The position numbers and the translations under genes are program-made. Shown here in pieces: positions 7,133 to 15,592 of a DNA stretch of 22,260 nucleotides. This stretch comes from a virus (lineage: Duplodnaviria > Heunggongvirae > Uroviricota > Caudoviricetes), in the IMG/VR virus record IMGVR_UViG_3300035660_000003, positions 1-22,260 of that record; one strand, written 5' to 3'. The first letter of the stretch is position 1, and the number at the start of each line of letters is the position of its first letter. A model generated the notes under the pieces. That model had not been told where the DNA came from. It ran no database searches and saw only the letters and a program-made list of their open reading frames with translations.

Positions 7133-8212
7133 TTATCTGTAGGTCCCAAACCCAAACCCAGCTAATGCTTCATATGCTTCTCTGCGAAGTCTTGTCCTAA
7201 CAACTTCTAATGTTTCTCTATCTGGTCTCGTATCCATATCTTCTGCCATTTGTTCAAACCCAGTTATTTGTTGTCTATGTCCAATCAAATAATCAATAAG
7301 TAAAGCCCCTGCCAATTTGGATGATGCGAGTTTTATATCAACTGGAACAGCCACTTTGAATGGGTCATATGAGTATGTAACTTCAATTTCTCCATACGGG
7401 TCTGAATCAGGATTGCACCAACAAATCAAACCTTCTGGATATGTCCAGAAATATCCATCATTGAAACAGAAATTATCGAAATAAATCGTGCAAGCCTTAT
7501 CTGACAATATTTCAATCTTTTGACATAATGCTTCACTCCAATCTATTGAACCAGTATTGTCAGACATTTGAAGTGCGATTAATTGCCAAGTATCATTTTG
7601 TGTTAAAGTAAATGTTTGATATTCAACATTTCCATCTATGTCATAGAACTTTATTGTAAAAGTTGCGGTCTTATCACTTGTTCTAAACCAGAATCCAACA
7701 TAATCCCAAGGATAAATATTCTTTTCGAGATTGGCATTCTTTGGAAAATAGAAACTGAAACTTCCAGCGGCTGTGTTTTTAGCCATAACACTTGCCATTC
7801 CACATTTCTTTATATCGGTTTTTTTAGTGAGAGTTACATTTGTGCCAGTCATATCAGTTACGTCTTCCGTGAGACTATCACAGTTTTTAGGATATGGCAA
7901 TTTTACCCTTCCAGAGCCATCATATAATGCAAAAATTTCTTCAACGCCATTTTCAGGGTCATAAGCACTAAAAAACTCTTCTTTGTCTTCATAAGGACCT
8001 AATTCAACCGTTTTATTTTCTTCAAACTCATGATATTCTTTCCTAATTGTTATTGGGATTTTCAATAGACGCTTAATTTTTAAGTCAACTTCTGAAATAT
8101 AACTGGTAATTAACGTTGTTACTTCTGCCTCACTTTTGCCAGAAAGTTTCTGAACTATGCTAGAATTCATTCCACAGGCTTCGTAACAATCATCTTCATC
8201 TGAATATACCAT
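7133..8212 (-). CDS. Head-tail adaptor (gp6/gp15-like) with an inserted carbohydrate-binding-like beta-sandwich
   Basis: N-terminal ITSYISEVDLKIKRLL and C-terminal IEVTYSY...VPVDIKLASSKLAG are adaptor-like. The middle WDYVGFWFR...DTWQLI.L...IDWS...IYFDNF is CBM-like. Lies downstream of the MCP. Confidence 0.7.
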   Translation of the reverse strand: MVYSDEDDCYEACGMNSSIVQKLSGKSEAEVTTLITSYISEVDLKIKRLLKIPITIRKEYHEFEENKTVELGPYEDKEEFFSAYDPENGVEEIFALYDGSGRVKLPYPKNCDSLTEDVTDMTGTNVTLTKKTDIKKCGMASVMAKNTAAGSFSFYFPKNANLEKNIYPWDYVGFWFRTSDKTATFTIKFYDIDGNVEYQTFTLTQNDTWQLIALQMSDNTGSIDWSEALCQKIEILSDKACTIYFDNFCFNDGYFWTYPEGLICWCNPDSDPYGEIEVTYSYDPFKVAVPVDIKLASSKLAGALLIDYLIGHRQQITGFEQMAEDMDTRPDRETLEVVRTRLRREAYEALAGFGFGTYR

Positions 8213-8447
8213 TTTTTAACGACACCTCTCCATTAAATGGAATCGTGTCCTGACAAATCCATATACATTCGACTATTTAAAACTTTCCCTAAACCTTTAC
8301 AATTTATGTTAGTTCTGAAAATTGAAATAGAATGGACTGAATTCACAAATATGAAATGGAAATAAATTAGGATTGCTTTTTGGATTTGGGATAGAATTTT
8401 ATAACATCTTCCCATGACATGATTGGCTTTTCCTCACCCTTAACAAT

Positions 8448-8463
8448 TATATAAACTTTATGG
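8448..8463 (-). promoter_or_regulatory. BRE+TATA promoter CCATAAAGTTTATATA for the neck/tail-completion genes
   Basis: Differs by 1 nt from the promoter at 21377-21392. Confidence 0.7.
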
Positions 8464-8478
8464 TTTAATGAATGAATT

Positions 8479-8500
8479 AAAAATAAAAAAAGGAAAGGAG
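8479..8500 (-). terminator. Archaeal-type oligo-T terminator after the MCP gene
   Basis: CTCCTTTCCTTTTTTTATTTTT on the minus strand about 40 nt after the MCP stop, preceded by a short hairpin at 8521-8539. Confidence 0.55.
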
Positions 8501-8541
8501 ATTTCAACTGACACTATTAACCAAGAATTAAATCCTTGGAC

Positions 8542-9441
8542 CTAAGGTGTCGCTGAAATTGTAATGCGGCTTACCCCGTCGGCTTGGACTACTGCGGCAT
8601 TTGCTCTTATGCTGGTTATGTAATACGTGTATGCCTTTGACTCGTAACGTTCGTTCTTGACTGTTAAGCGTCGCTTCCATGCCAGAATCACTACTGGTCC
8701 ATTTGAACCGTCAGATGGGAATACAATGAAAACGTAGCTTGAGTCTTTTAGATACGGTGTCTTCAAAACACGACATCCAGCAAACATGCCTGCTTCGCCT
8801 TCAACTATTCTACTTAGTTGAGCAGTTGTGTAGCGTCGTGCATCAACGAATGCAGTATCTTGCATCAAATAACTTGCTTCGATGGGACTCAAAATCAAGA
8901 ATGGTGCATTAACATCGTCTGCAATCCAGTTAAGATTTTCCATTTCAGCCAATGTATCCATGACTACACCGTAAGTTAAACTTGCCGCCGTAGTTTTAGT
9001 TGTGCTTCCAGCCGCTATAATGCTGTAAACTAGAGCATCAAGAAATTCCATGACAGCCGCACCCATGTTTCTTAGTTTCAATCTCACCCAATCTATTGAC
9101 GGATAATCTTCCATCAATATATCAGTAAATTCAACTGAACTATGAATAACCTTGGGGACGGTTAATGGGACCATTCCGATTGTTTTGGCGTGTGCAGCCG
9201 TGTAAGTTGCGTTAGACATTTCTGCTTCAGTTGAAGATTCGGCTACTAATGGAGTAGCTGTCATGAATTTGATGGTATAACCATCTTTTCCAATCAAACT
9301 AAAATCTTCTTTGACTATTTGCAGAAATGCAAGTGGTCGTCTCGCACCTTCAAGAACTTCGCTGTAAAGCAAATATGGAGCAAAATTGCCAGTTAAATCT
9401 GAGCCTGACAAGAGAGTTTCTTGTATTGTTATTTTTGTCAT
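8542..9441 (-). CDS. Major capsid protein, HK97 fold
   Basis: G.TIKF, E..TE, VEFTDILMED, MGAAV..FLDALV, LILSP..ASYLMQD, GEAGMFAG.RV..TP; 299 aa; downstream of protease and scaffold. Confidence 0.9.
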   Translation of the reverse strand: MTKITIQETLLSGSDLTGNFAPYLLYSEVLEGARRPLAFLQIVKEDFSLIGKDGYTIKFMTATPLVAESSTEAEMSNATYTAAHAKTIGMVPLTVPKVIHSSVEFTDILMEDYPSIDWVRLKLRNMGAAVMEFLDALVYSIIAAGSTTKTTAASLTYGVVMDTLAEMENLNWIADDVNAPFLILSPIEASYLMQDTAFVDARRYTTAQLSRIVEGEAGMFAGCRVLKTPYLKDSSYVFIVFPSDGSNGPVVILAWKRRLTVKNERYESKAYTYYITSIRANAAVVQADGVSRITISATP

Positions 9442-9551
9442 AATCTTTCACTTTTTACTTTTTATTAATGATATAATATGCATGGAACTATTTATATCTA
9501 TTGTAACAATAAATGTTAAAAAAAGAGATGGAAATTTTGAAATGAAAGAGT

Positions 9552-10001
9552 TTACTTTGTTTCTTCTGGTTCTGGTGGAATTGGTGGTTCGATTTTTCTA
9601 CCACGCCTTCTCTCTGGTATGTAAGGTGGCAGGAATGGTGGTATTGTTGAATGATTTCGTTCCATGACTTCCCAAGTTTCATCTGTATTGATTGGTCTTT
9701 CTTCAGCTTTATAGGCTATTTCGTCTCCTGTGTCTGGATGTGTTGGACCTATCATTTCCGTGAAACCATCCCATGAGCAAGTTCTAAATACGCCTAATGG
9801 CAATCTCATGAAGAGAACGTCGGCTGGTTTTCCGCACATTGGACATGGAAAAGCAGATTGTTCATATATCCATTTCTGATATACTAATTTTCCGCCTATT
9901 TGAACTACACGTTCATCCACGCAGTATTTAACATGCGTATTCAATGGCGTAACTGGGGGGCAAATCCATTCTGTCTTTTTAGATTTCTTTGGTTCTGACA
10001 T
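9552..10001 (-). CDS. Cys-containing (CPMC) hypothetical protein with Pro-rich tail, between scaffold and MCP
   Basis: TAATG coupling to the scaffold gene; CPMCG plus three other Cys. Confidence 0.7.
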   Translation of the reverse strand: MSEPKKSKKTEWICPPVTPLNTHVKYCVDERVVQIGGKLVYQKWIYEQSAFPCPMCGKPADVLFMRLPLGVFRTCSWDGFTEMIGPTHPDTGDEIAYKAEERPINTDETWEVMERNHSTIPPFLPPYIPERRRGRKIEPPIPPEPEETK

Positions 10002-10780
10002 TATGCAGCACCGCCTTTCTTAGTTATTTCACGAACTGATTTCTGCTTCTCTTCTTCATAACTGATTCCTCTTACGCTTTCATATTTCTTTTTGACCGCA
10101 CCAACCCATTTCTTGAAAAGTTCATTTAGAACTGCATCGGCTTCAGCGGCTTCCTCTGGTGTTCCGCTTCTGACTTTGCGTCTTAGGTCTTGAATCATTG
10201 CTACATAAGTATCATAACCCTCTTCATTTGGGGGTGTTCCACCAAGTTGTGCTTGTGAAAGTGGCACGGACCCTGCGGGAGCTTTCTTTTTAGCCTCTTC
10301 GTCAGCCAGTTTCTTGTCTGCTTCAGCTTTTATTTTTGCTTCTTCTGCTATCTTAGCTTCTTCTGCACCTTTCTTCAAGGTTTCATCCAAAGTTTGAAGC
10401 ATAAATTCGGTTGCCTTTAATTTCTCTGGGTCAGTTAATTCATCCTCTATCATTTTAAGACGTTTCTCGTCTTTGATAACTTCTTTTGCCTTGACCATAA
10501 CTTCATTGCGTTTCTTCTCAAATTCTTTTGTGGCAACTATTTCAAGTTTACTTTTGTAATCTTCAGATTCTAATTTTGTCTTTTCGAGTGCCTCTTCAGC
10601 AGTTTTCTTCTCTTCTGTGACTTTCTTGGCTTCCTCTTCTGCTTTCTTTGCTCGGTCTTTCTCTTCCTGCAATTCTCTCAGAAGGACTTTCATTTGTTCA
10701 GAGTCAACAGTAACATCGACTTTGAGCGGTTCTTGTTTCTCTTTCTTTTCCTTTTCTTTAATTTCTTCGGGTGTTGACAT
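10001..10780 (-). CDS. Capsid scaffolding protein
   Basis: Long Lys/Glu coiled coil located between prohead protease and MCP. Start moved to ATG 10780. Confidence 0.7.
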   Translation of the reverse strand: MSTPEEIKEKEKKEKQEPLKVDVTVDSEQMKVLLRELQEEKDRAKKAEEEAKKVTEEKKTAEEALEKTKLESEDYKSKLEIVATKEFEKKRNEVMVKAKEVIKDEKRLKMIEDELTDPEKLKATEFMLQTLDETLKKGAEEAKIAEEAKIKAEADKKLADEEAKKKAPAGSVPLSQAQLGGTPPNEEGYDTYVAMIQDLRRKVRSGTPEEAAEADAVLNELFKKWVGAVKKKYESVRGISYEEEKQKSVREITKKGGAA

Positions 10781-10789
10781 ATTAATCAA

Positions 10790-10805
10790 CCGTAAGGTTT
10801 ATATA
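10790..10805 (+). promoter_or_regulatory. BRE+TATA promoter CCGTAAGGTTTATATA in a divergent intergenic region
   Basis: Matches the window-wide consensus and points toward the plus-strand RHH-HNH gene. Confidence 0.6.
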
Positions 10806-10863
10806 ATAGAATGGAGTATAAAAAGCTATCTCCAAAAAGCGAACCTATATAGGTGCGGATTTG

Positions 10864-11310
10864 ATGGTAAAACCCGAACCAAGATTCCATACTTCGGTAT
10901 GGATTAAACCAGACCTACTAAAACAAATTGACATATTAGCGAGTTTCATGGATTTATCCAGAGGTAAAACTATAGAATATCTAATTGAACAAGCATTCAT
11001 TCTAGTGGCTTATAAAAAACTTCTAATAAACTTAAAGATTGGTTTAAAATCCAAATGGATTGCAGTTAATAAGGATTTACCAGCATTTAAAATATTCAAT
11101 GTTGACCAAATAATTAAACGTGATGGAACGTGTCAAAAATGTGGAACTAGAGAAAATCTGGAAGTTTATCATATAAATCGTAATCCAACAGATTTTGCTG
11201 TGGACAATCTAATAACATTATGTAAACCATGCATAGAAAAAGTAAAAATATTCGTTGCAAATGAATATTACGAAGAATGTTTCGTTGCGTGGCTTCTATT
11301 AACTGCTTAA
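10864..11310 (+). CDS. Ribbon-helix-helix domain fused to a degenerate HNH/Zn domain
   Basis: N-terminal FHTSVWIKPDLLKQIDILA...SRGKTIEYLI is RHH-like. C-terminal RDGTCQKCG..ENLEVYHINRNP.....NLITLCKPC is HNH-like. Confidence 0.75.
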   Translation: MVKPEPRFHTSVWIKPDLLKQIDILASFMDLSRGKTIEYLIEQAFILVAYKKLLINLKIGLKSKWIAVNKDLPAFKIFNVDQIIKRDGTCQKCGTRENLEVYHINRNPTDFAVDNLITLCKPCIEKVKIFVANEYYEECFVAWLLLTA

Positions 11311-11314
11311 ATGC

Positions 11315-11548
11315 TTAAACTCGAATGCTCGTCTTAAACTTCTTTTCAACATTTCTCATATAAGCCCTGTGAGCCCACTTGATTCTACGTCTGCATTCGT
11401 CCTTAATTTTCTCCTTTTCGGCTTCCAGTTTAGCGATTCGTTCCAACATTTGTTCTTTAAGAAATTCTCTCCGCCTTTCAAATTCAATCCATTGATTACG
11501 TTCTAATTCAAGATTCTTACGATATTGCTCCCAGTCAACGTTCCACAT
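11315..11548 (-). CDS. Small charged coiled-coil hypothetical protein
   Basis: Overlaps the protease stop; GTGG SD before ATG 11548. Confidence 0.6.
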   Translation of the reverse strand: MWNVDWEQYRKNLELERNQWIEFERRREFLKEQMLERIAKLEAEKEKIKDECRRRIKWAHRAYMRNVEKKFKTSIRV

Positions 11549-12191
11549 CTGCAACCACTCTATAACCAGTCTTAATCCTTAATTTGACTATCTGAACTGT
11601 TGGTTCTTTAAATTCATAGAATAACATTGATTCTTGAATTTGAACGTCTTCTACTTGTGCAGAATCCATTCCACGAATTACATTTGGAGCAAGCAATTGA
11701 ACGTGATTTAATTGAAGTCCCATAATTTTCGTTACTATTCTATTGGCAATTTTATCGAGTGCATATTTGGCATTAGTTGCAATTCCACCTATTGAAATTC
11801 CCCAACCTTCCTTAATTTTTTGGATTATATCTGAGTGGGTTGCCGTATTCACGATTTCCGCCCAAAATTTGATTTTTCGAGCAATTGGGTCAAAAATAGC
11901 ACGAATTATTCTTCCAACACGATTTTCTTCGAGATTGGCATGTATTCCCTTAACTTTGAGACCTGTATTCGGGTCAATTCCTTCGATTGTCCCAACGTAA
12001 ACTGGCATTCCCTCGGCTTGTGGAGCTATATTCGCCATCTCTTCAACTGTGTAAAGATTACCATTACGACTGATTCCTTCAGCAAGCAATGTTCCAGTTA
12101 TTATTGCGACTCCGTGATAAGACTCTTCTATAGATACATGAGTGGGAGAAATATACTCAAACGGAAACATTATCATTTGTTCTTCTATCAT
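11535..12191 (-). CDS. Prohead (capsid maturation) protease
   Basis: G....EG.SRNG..Y..E, GIHA (His), VGRI, FWAEI, GISIGG (Ser), LNHVQLL; upstream of scaffold and MCP. Confidence 0.85.
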   Translation of the reverse strand: MIEEQMIMFPFEYISPTHVSIEESYHGVAIITGTLLAEGISRNGNLYTVEEMANIAPQAEGMPVYVGTIEGIDPNTGLKVKGIHANLEENRVGRIIRAIFDPIARKIKFWAEIVNTATHSDIIQKIKEGWGISIGGIATNAKYALDKIANRIVTKIMGLQLNHVQLLAPNVIRGMDSAQVEDVQIQESMLFYEFKEPTVQIVKLRIKTGYRVVADVER

Positions 12192-12230
12192 CTAAATCTA
12201 CAACCATGTTTCTTTTTCTTGACCTTTTTC

Positions 12231-12611
12231 TTAGTCAAATAACCACGCCCATGTTTCTTTCTTAATGTTTTTGACATCTATGGCATGGCTTTCCAATTCT
12301 ACCAAATCTATTTCCATCTCTGGAGTGACCAATACTTCTTCAAAATCAATATAGTCAACACCCACACTAATGTCGGTCACTAAATAAGTTTCATGAACCG
12401 CCATTCCGTGTTTCTTTATCCACGCTCTCGCAGATGCAAGACTATAACGGCTTTTAGGAAACAGAACGCTTTGAATTTGAGACCCGCCACCCCGTCTAAA
12501 ACCAATAACTGCTTTTATACCAGCACCGAGAGTCTTCACCCTAAAACGTATAAAATCTTTAGGGCTGGCTACCCTTATACGAATGAAATTCGCAGTTATA
12601 TCTATGGGCAT
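12231..12611 (-). CDS. Hypothetical head-module protein
   Basis: IRIR..SP.DF.RFR...GI..VIG...IQS..F.K..Y....AR.W..KH, a pattern recalled from proteins beside phage prohead proteases. Confidence 0.7.
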   Translation of the reverse strand: MPIDITANFIRIRVASPKDFIRFRVKTLGAGIKAVIGFRRGGGSQIQSVLFPKSRYSLASARAWIKKHGMAVHETYLVTDISVGVDYIDFEEVLVTPEMEIDLVELESHAIDVKNIKKETWAWLFD

Positions 12612-12625
12612 TTTTGTGTCCTCGC

Positions 12626-13003
12626 CTAAATTCCGAGTTGTTTAAGATACCAGTCCACTATTTTTTTGGCATCTGTTTCAATTTTGGCTTCAGTTACGTA
12701 TTTGCCCCATTTATAGGTCTTAGGGTCATGTTCAACGCCAAATTTCTTTGCACGTCTAACCAAACACATATAGATTTTCTTTCTTATTGCATCTGGAATC
12801 TTGCCACCGAATGTTGACAAACGTCCGAATCCATTTCGAACGTGTGCAGCATCTTGGGCAGGATAACTCCTGTCAGGACCACAGAATGCAGAACTGGGCA
12901 AATCTTGACGAGCCGCATACGTGAGTTTTGCTTCTTGGACTTCAATGCCTTCATATTCAGAGATTGTCTTTACAAACATTTCAATATTATCCATTATATT
13001 CAT
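12626..13003 (-). CDS. DUF6582-like phage protein
   Basis: LTYAARQDLPSSAFCGPDRSYPAQDAAHVRN...RRAKKFGV matches the LP.SAF..P..R.YP..D..HVRNA...A.KFG signature. Own TATA near 13035-13045. Confidence 0.7.
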   Translation of the reverse strand: MNIMDNIEMFVKTISEYEGIEVQEAKLTYAARQDLPSSAFCGPDRSYPAQDAAHVRNGFGRLSTFGGKIPDAIRKKIYMCLVRRAKKFGVEHDPKTYKWGKYVTEAKIETDAKKIVDWYLKQLGI

Positions 13004-13078
13004 CTCTATGACGATAGAATAAAATGATATTCCAGTATTTAAAACTTATCCTAAATATAAACAAAAACTGTTAGAAGG

Positions 13079-13423
13079 TTACGAAGCAAGTGAAAGATTT
13101 AATTCTATCTGGACAACACCAAAAATGTCGATTAAGTTCTTTTTGGCAATAAAATCTATAGTTGTTTTGAAAGATTTCCAATCATGGAAAGGAATTTCGT
13201 TTAGTTGAATTTTTCCCTCGTCGGCAAATTTAAGCAAATCGTCATATGGATAACTATCACGCCTCATTTTAATTTCATTATCGAAATATTTGGTCACTAC
13301 CAAGACCATGCCAGATGGACCGCTAGTTTTCTCATATTGCGTATCCTCAAACAAGATGGAACATACTTCAAGAAAAGCCTTATGATTAGAAAACGTCCAA
13401 AGATGGAAGTTGCGACGGCACAT
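13079..13423 (-). CDS. Hypothetical protein
   Basis: 114-aa ORF 3 nt downstream of the preceding stop; no recognised motif. Confidence 0.6.
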   Translation of the reverse strand: MCRRNFHLWTFSNHKAFLEVCSILFEDTQYEKTSGPSGMVLVVTKYFDNEIKMRRDSYPYDDLLKFADEGKIQLNEIPFHDWKSFKTTIDFIAKKNLIDIFGVVQIELNLSLAS

Positions 13424-13426
13424 AGA

Positions 13427-14026
13427 TTAAGCCTTCTGCTTTGGAACTAAAAAGTGACTACTTTTGCCCTGAGAGACATATTGTCCACCAAGTTCATTTC
13501 TGATTAATGAAGCAATTTTGGCGAAATTCTCTGCACCTAGAAACTGTTTCGGTGAAATCTTTATGTATTGAGCAGATGATTGTTCATCGAAATTCAACAT
13601 GTTAGACGATTCGCCCAATTTTAATTTGACCTCTGCAAGACGAGCCGATACTTCTGGAACTTTTGCTTCAACTGGTTTTTCAGGTGTTGGGACTCCAGTA
13701 TGCACTACATTTGCAACTGGTGGAACTTGAGGTTTAAGTTGAGTCGTAGCATTTTCAAATATTGCAAGTTGTCTGCCTATCTTTTCATTAATTTCCTTGA
13801 GTTCCTTAGAAATATACATCAAAGTTATTTCTGCTGGCGGAATTTTAAGAACTTCTTTCTTTTCATCTGATTCGGGTTTCTTTAAATCTTCTTCAGAAAC
13901 AAATGACCTTTTTACCTTTTCCTTTTCAGGTTCTTCTTTCTTCTTTTCGAGAATGGGAACTTCTTCCTTTTTCTCTTCAGAAACAGGTATTGAAGCCTCT
14001 TCGGGTTTCTTCTCTGGTTCAGACAT
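13427..14026 (-). CDS. Protein with disordered Glu/Lys/Pro N-terminus and a compact conserved-looking C-terminal domain
   Basis: C-terminus YIKISPKQFLGAENFAKIASLIRNELGGQYVSQGKSSHFLVPK; strong promoter and GTGAT SD. Confidence 0.8.
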   Translation of the reverse strand: MSEPEKKPEEASIPVSEEKKEEVPILEKKKEEPEKEKVKRSFVSEEDLKKPESDEKKEVLKIPPAEITLMYISKELKEINEKIGRQLAIFENATTQLKPQVPPVANVVHTGVPTPEKPVEAKVPEVSARLAEVKLKLGESSNMLNFDEQSSAQYIKISPKQFLGAENFAKIASLIRNELGGQYVSQGKSSHFLVPKQKA

Positions 14027-14060
14027 ATTTAATCACATAACAGAAAGTGTAGAGACAGAC

Positions 14061-14078
14061 TTATAAAGGTTGCGGTTA
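14061..14078 (-). promoter_or_regulatory. BRE+TATA promoter TAACCGCAACCTTTATAA
   Basis: 16-nt identity with 5635-5650. Confidence 0.8.
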
Positions 14079-14231
14079 AAACTCGTAGAATTCACAGACT
14101 TCCCACCACGTAATCACACGTTTCGCTTTAGGACAATATTTTGGGAATGACCCGTGGATTTGCTTATCTTGCGAATTATAGTCTGGACAGTTTTTGCAAG
14201 TTCGACATTGATGACTAGGAATCAAAATCAC

Positions 14232-14534
14232 CTACGATTTGCAGTAAGTGATTATAAGCATCTTGTGTTTTTTAGACCATTTCGGATAAAATTCACCAGT
14301 AACAATTCTGGATATAAAAACACAACGAATTCTAGCACAATGATTTGATATTCCAAAAATTAAATAACCATCATCCATTGGTTGAAATCCGATTCTTTTA
14401 TTATCTGTATCGTGAAAAATTTTTACTTTTTTACCTTTAAAATATTTCTCATAAAGAGGGATAGAAATAGTTAGAGTTCCATTTTTTTTAATCCGAATAA
14501 AGTTTGTCGGTGGTTTGATTTCTATGAAAGGCAT
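14232..14534 (-). CDS. Small basic beta-rich hypothetical protein (possibly AbrB-like)
   Basis: IRIKKNGTLTISI...KYF...VKIFHD....IGFQP; overlaps the phosphoesterase stop. Confidence 0.6.
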   Translation of the reverse strand: MPFIEIKPPTNFIRIKKNGTLTISIPLYEKYFKGKKVKIFHDTDNKRIGFQPMDDGYLIFGISNHCARIRCVFISRIVTGEFYPKWSKKHKMLIITYCKS

Positions 14535-15526
14535 TTCTCTTCAACGCTTACGAGTTTCTCTGGAACTTTTGGATTGAATCCTATATTTGTGACACACAGT
14601 CTATGAACTTTCATGTATTCGTCTTTGGTGAATCCGAAAGGATAACTTCCGCCCCAGAATTGTAGTCGTCCATATTCATCCATCAACATCATTGCTCCGC
14701 CGAGACTTGGTTGAAACTTAAAGAAGTATTTAATCGTTGCTTTATATGGTGTGTGAGCGAGCCAACATGGAAGTTGATAAGCGTGTTTTCCACTATGGTC
14801 AACATGAAGTGTATGATGTAAATGAGCACGAATAATAGCATCTATTGGTAATGTGGTGTGACTGGCTTCGGATTCTAATGACCAATTTATGTCACGACTC
14901 AATAATGTGGCTGGATAAACCAAAGCAGTAGCGGCTTCATGTGCTATGAATAACCTTCGAGTTCTATCCATACCAGTTAATGCATCTTTTCCACCAAAAA
15001 GTTCAACATATGCTACATCTCTCATATACTTTGCCGTGATTCCAAGAGCCTTTAAACGTTCGACCAATTCTTCATGATGGTCGGCTTCTCCCTTACGACT
15101 TTCATGGTAAGGCGTTCCAGACCAGACTAAGAATATTGGTTTCTTATCGCAACCTTCCCAGACCTCTTGAAGTAATACTGTTGCCATCTTTACTTGGTCA
15201 CTTTTATCAATAACACTTATGAATGCTCCTGCTTCTGCTGGATTCGAACCAGCAATTGCATCACCGACAATGAGTATATATTGAACGGCATATTTCTTGA
15301 AAAGTTCAATGTTTCGTTTCCATAAAATTCTAAGATATTTCTGAATCTTATTGGGTTTGATTATTGTTTCTTCTTTGGTTTCAAACTCTTCTGGACAAAT
15401 ACCTCTTGAAGCTCCACAATGCATATCTGGCAGAAATCCGACTCTGATTGGAAAGATACTCGTAATAACCAAATCGTCTCCTTCAATAGTCATTATTTCT
15501 TTATCTAATTTGGGTTTCTTAACCAT
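14522..15526 (-). CDS. Calcineurin-like metallophosphoesterase
   Basis: Five metal-binding motifs: LPDMHCG, VGDAIAG, SGTPYHE, IAHE, RAHLHH. Start moved from GTG 15535 (part of the GTGAT SD) to ATG 15526. Confidence 0.85.
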   Translation of the reverse strand: MVKKPKLDKEIMTIEGDDLVITSIFPIRVGFLPDMHCGASRGICPEEFETKEETIIKPNKIQKYLRILWKRNIELFKKYAVQYILIVGDAIAGSNPAEAGAFISVIDKSDQVKMATVLLQEVWEGCDKKPIFLVWSGTPYHESRKGEADHHEELVERLKALGITAKYMRDVAYVELFGGKDALTGMDRTRRLFIAHEAATALVYPATLLSRDINWSLESEASHTTLPIDAIIRAHLHHTLHVDHSGKHAYQLPCWLAHTPYKATIKYFFKFQPSLGGAMMLMDEYGRLQFWGGSYPFGFTKDEYMKVHRLCVTNIGFNPKVPEKLVSVEEKCLS

Positions 15527-15560
15527 TCTAATCACTTTGAATATTCTGTGGCATTCGTCC

Positions 15561-15576
15561 TATTTAAAGGTTTCGC
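15561..15576 (-). promoter_or_regulatory. BRE+TATA promoter GCGAAACCTTTAAATA
   Basis: Consensus match, 35 nt upstream of the ATG at 15526. Confidence 0.7.
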
Positions 15577-15592
15577 CTGACTTTTCCATTGT

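Noticed and set aside
8233-8415. 60-aa minus-strand ORF between MCP and adaptor
   Set aside because: No motif and atypical composition; a competing ATG 5 nt upstream gives only 17 codons. It cannot be excluded but is not supported enough to list.
10001-10780. DNA tandem repeats in the scaffold and 199-aa genes
   Set aside because: The apparent repetitiveness is Lys/Glu/Ala codon low complexity of coiled-coil or disordered protein, not discrete DNA units.
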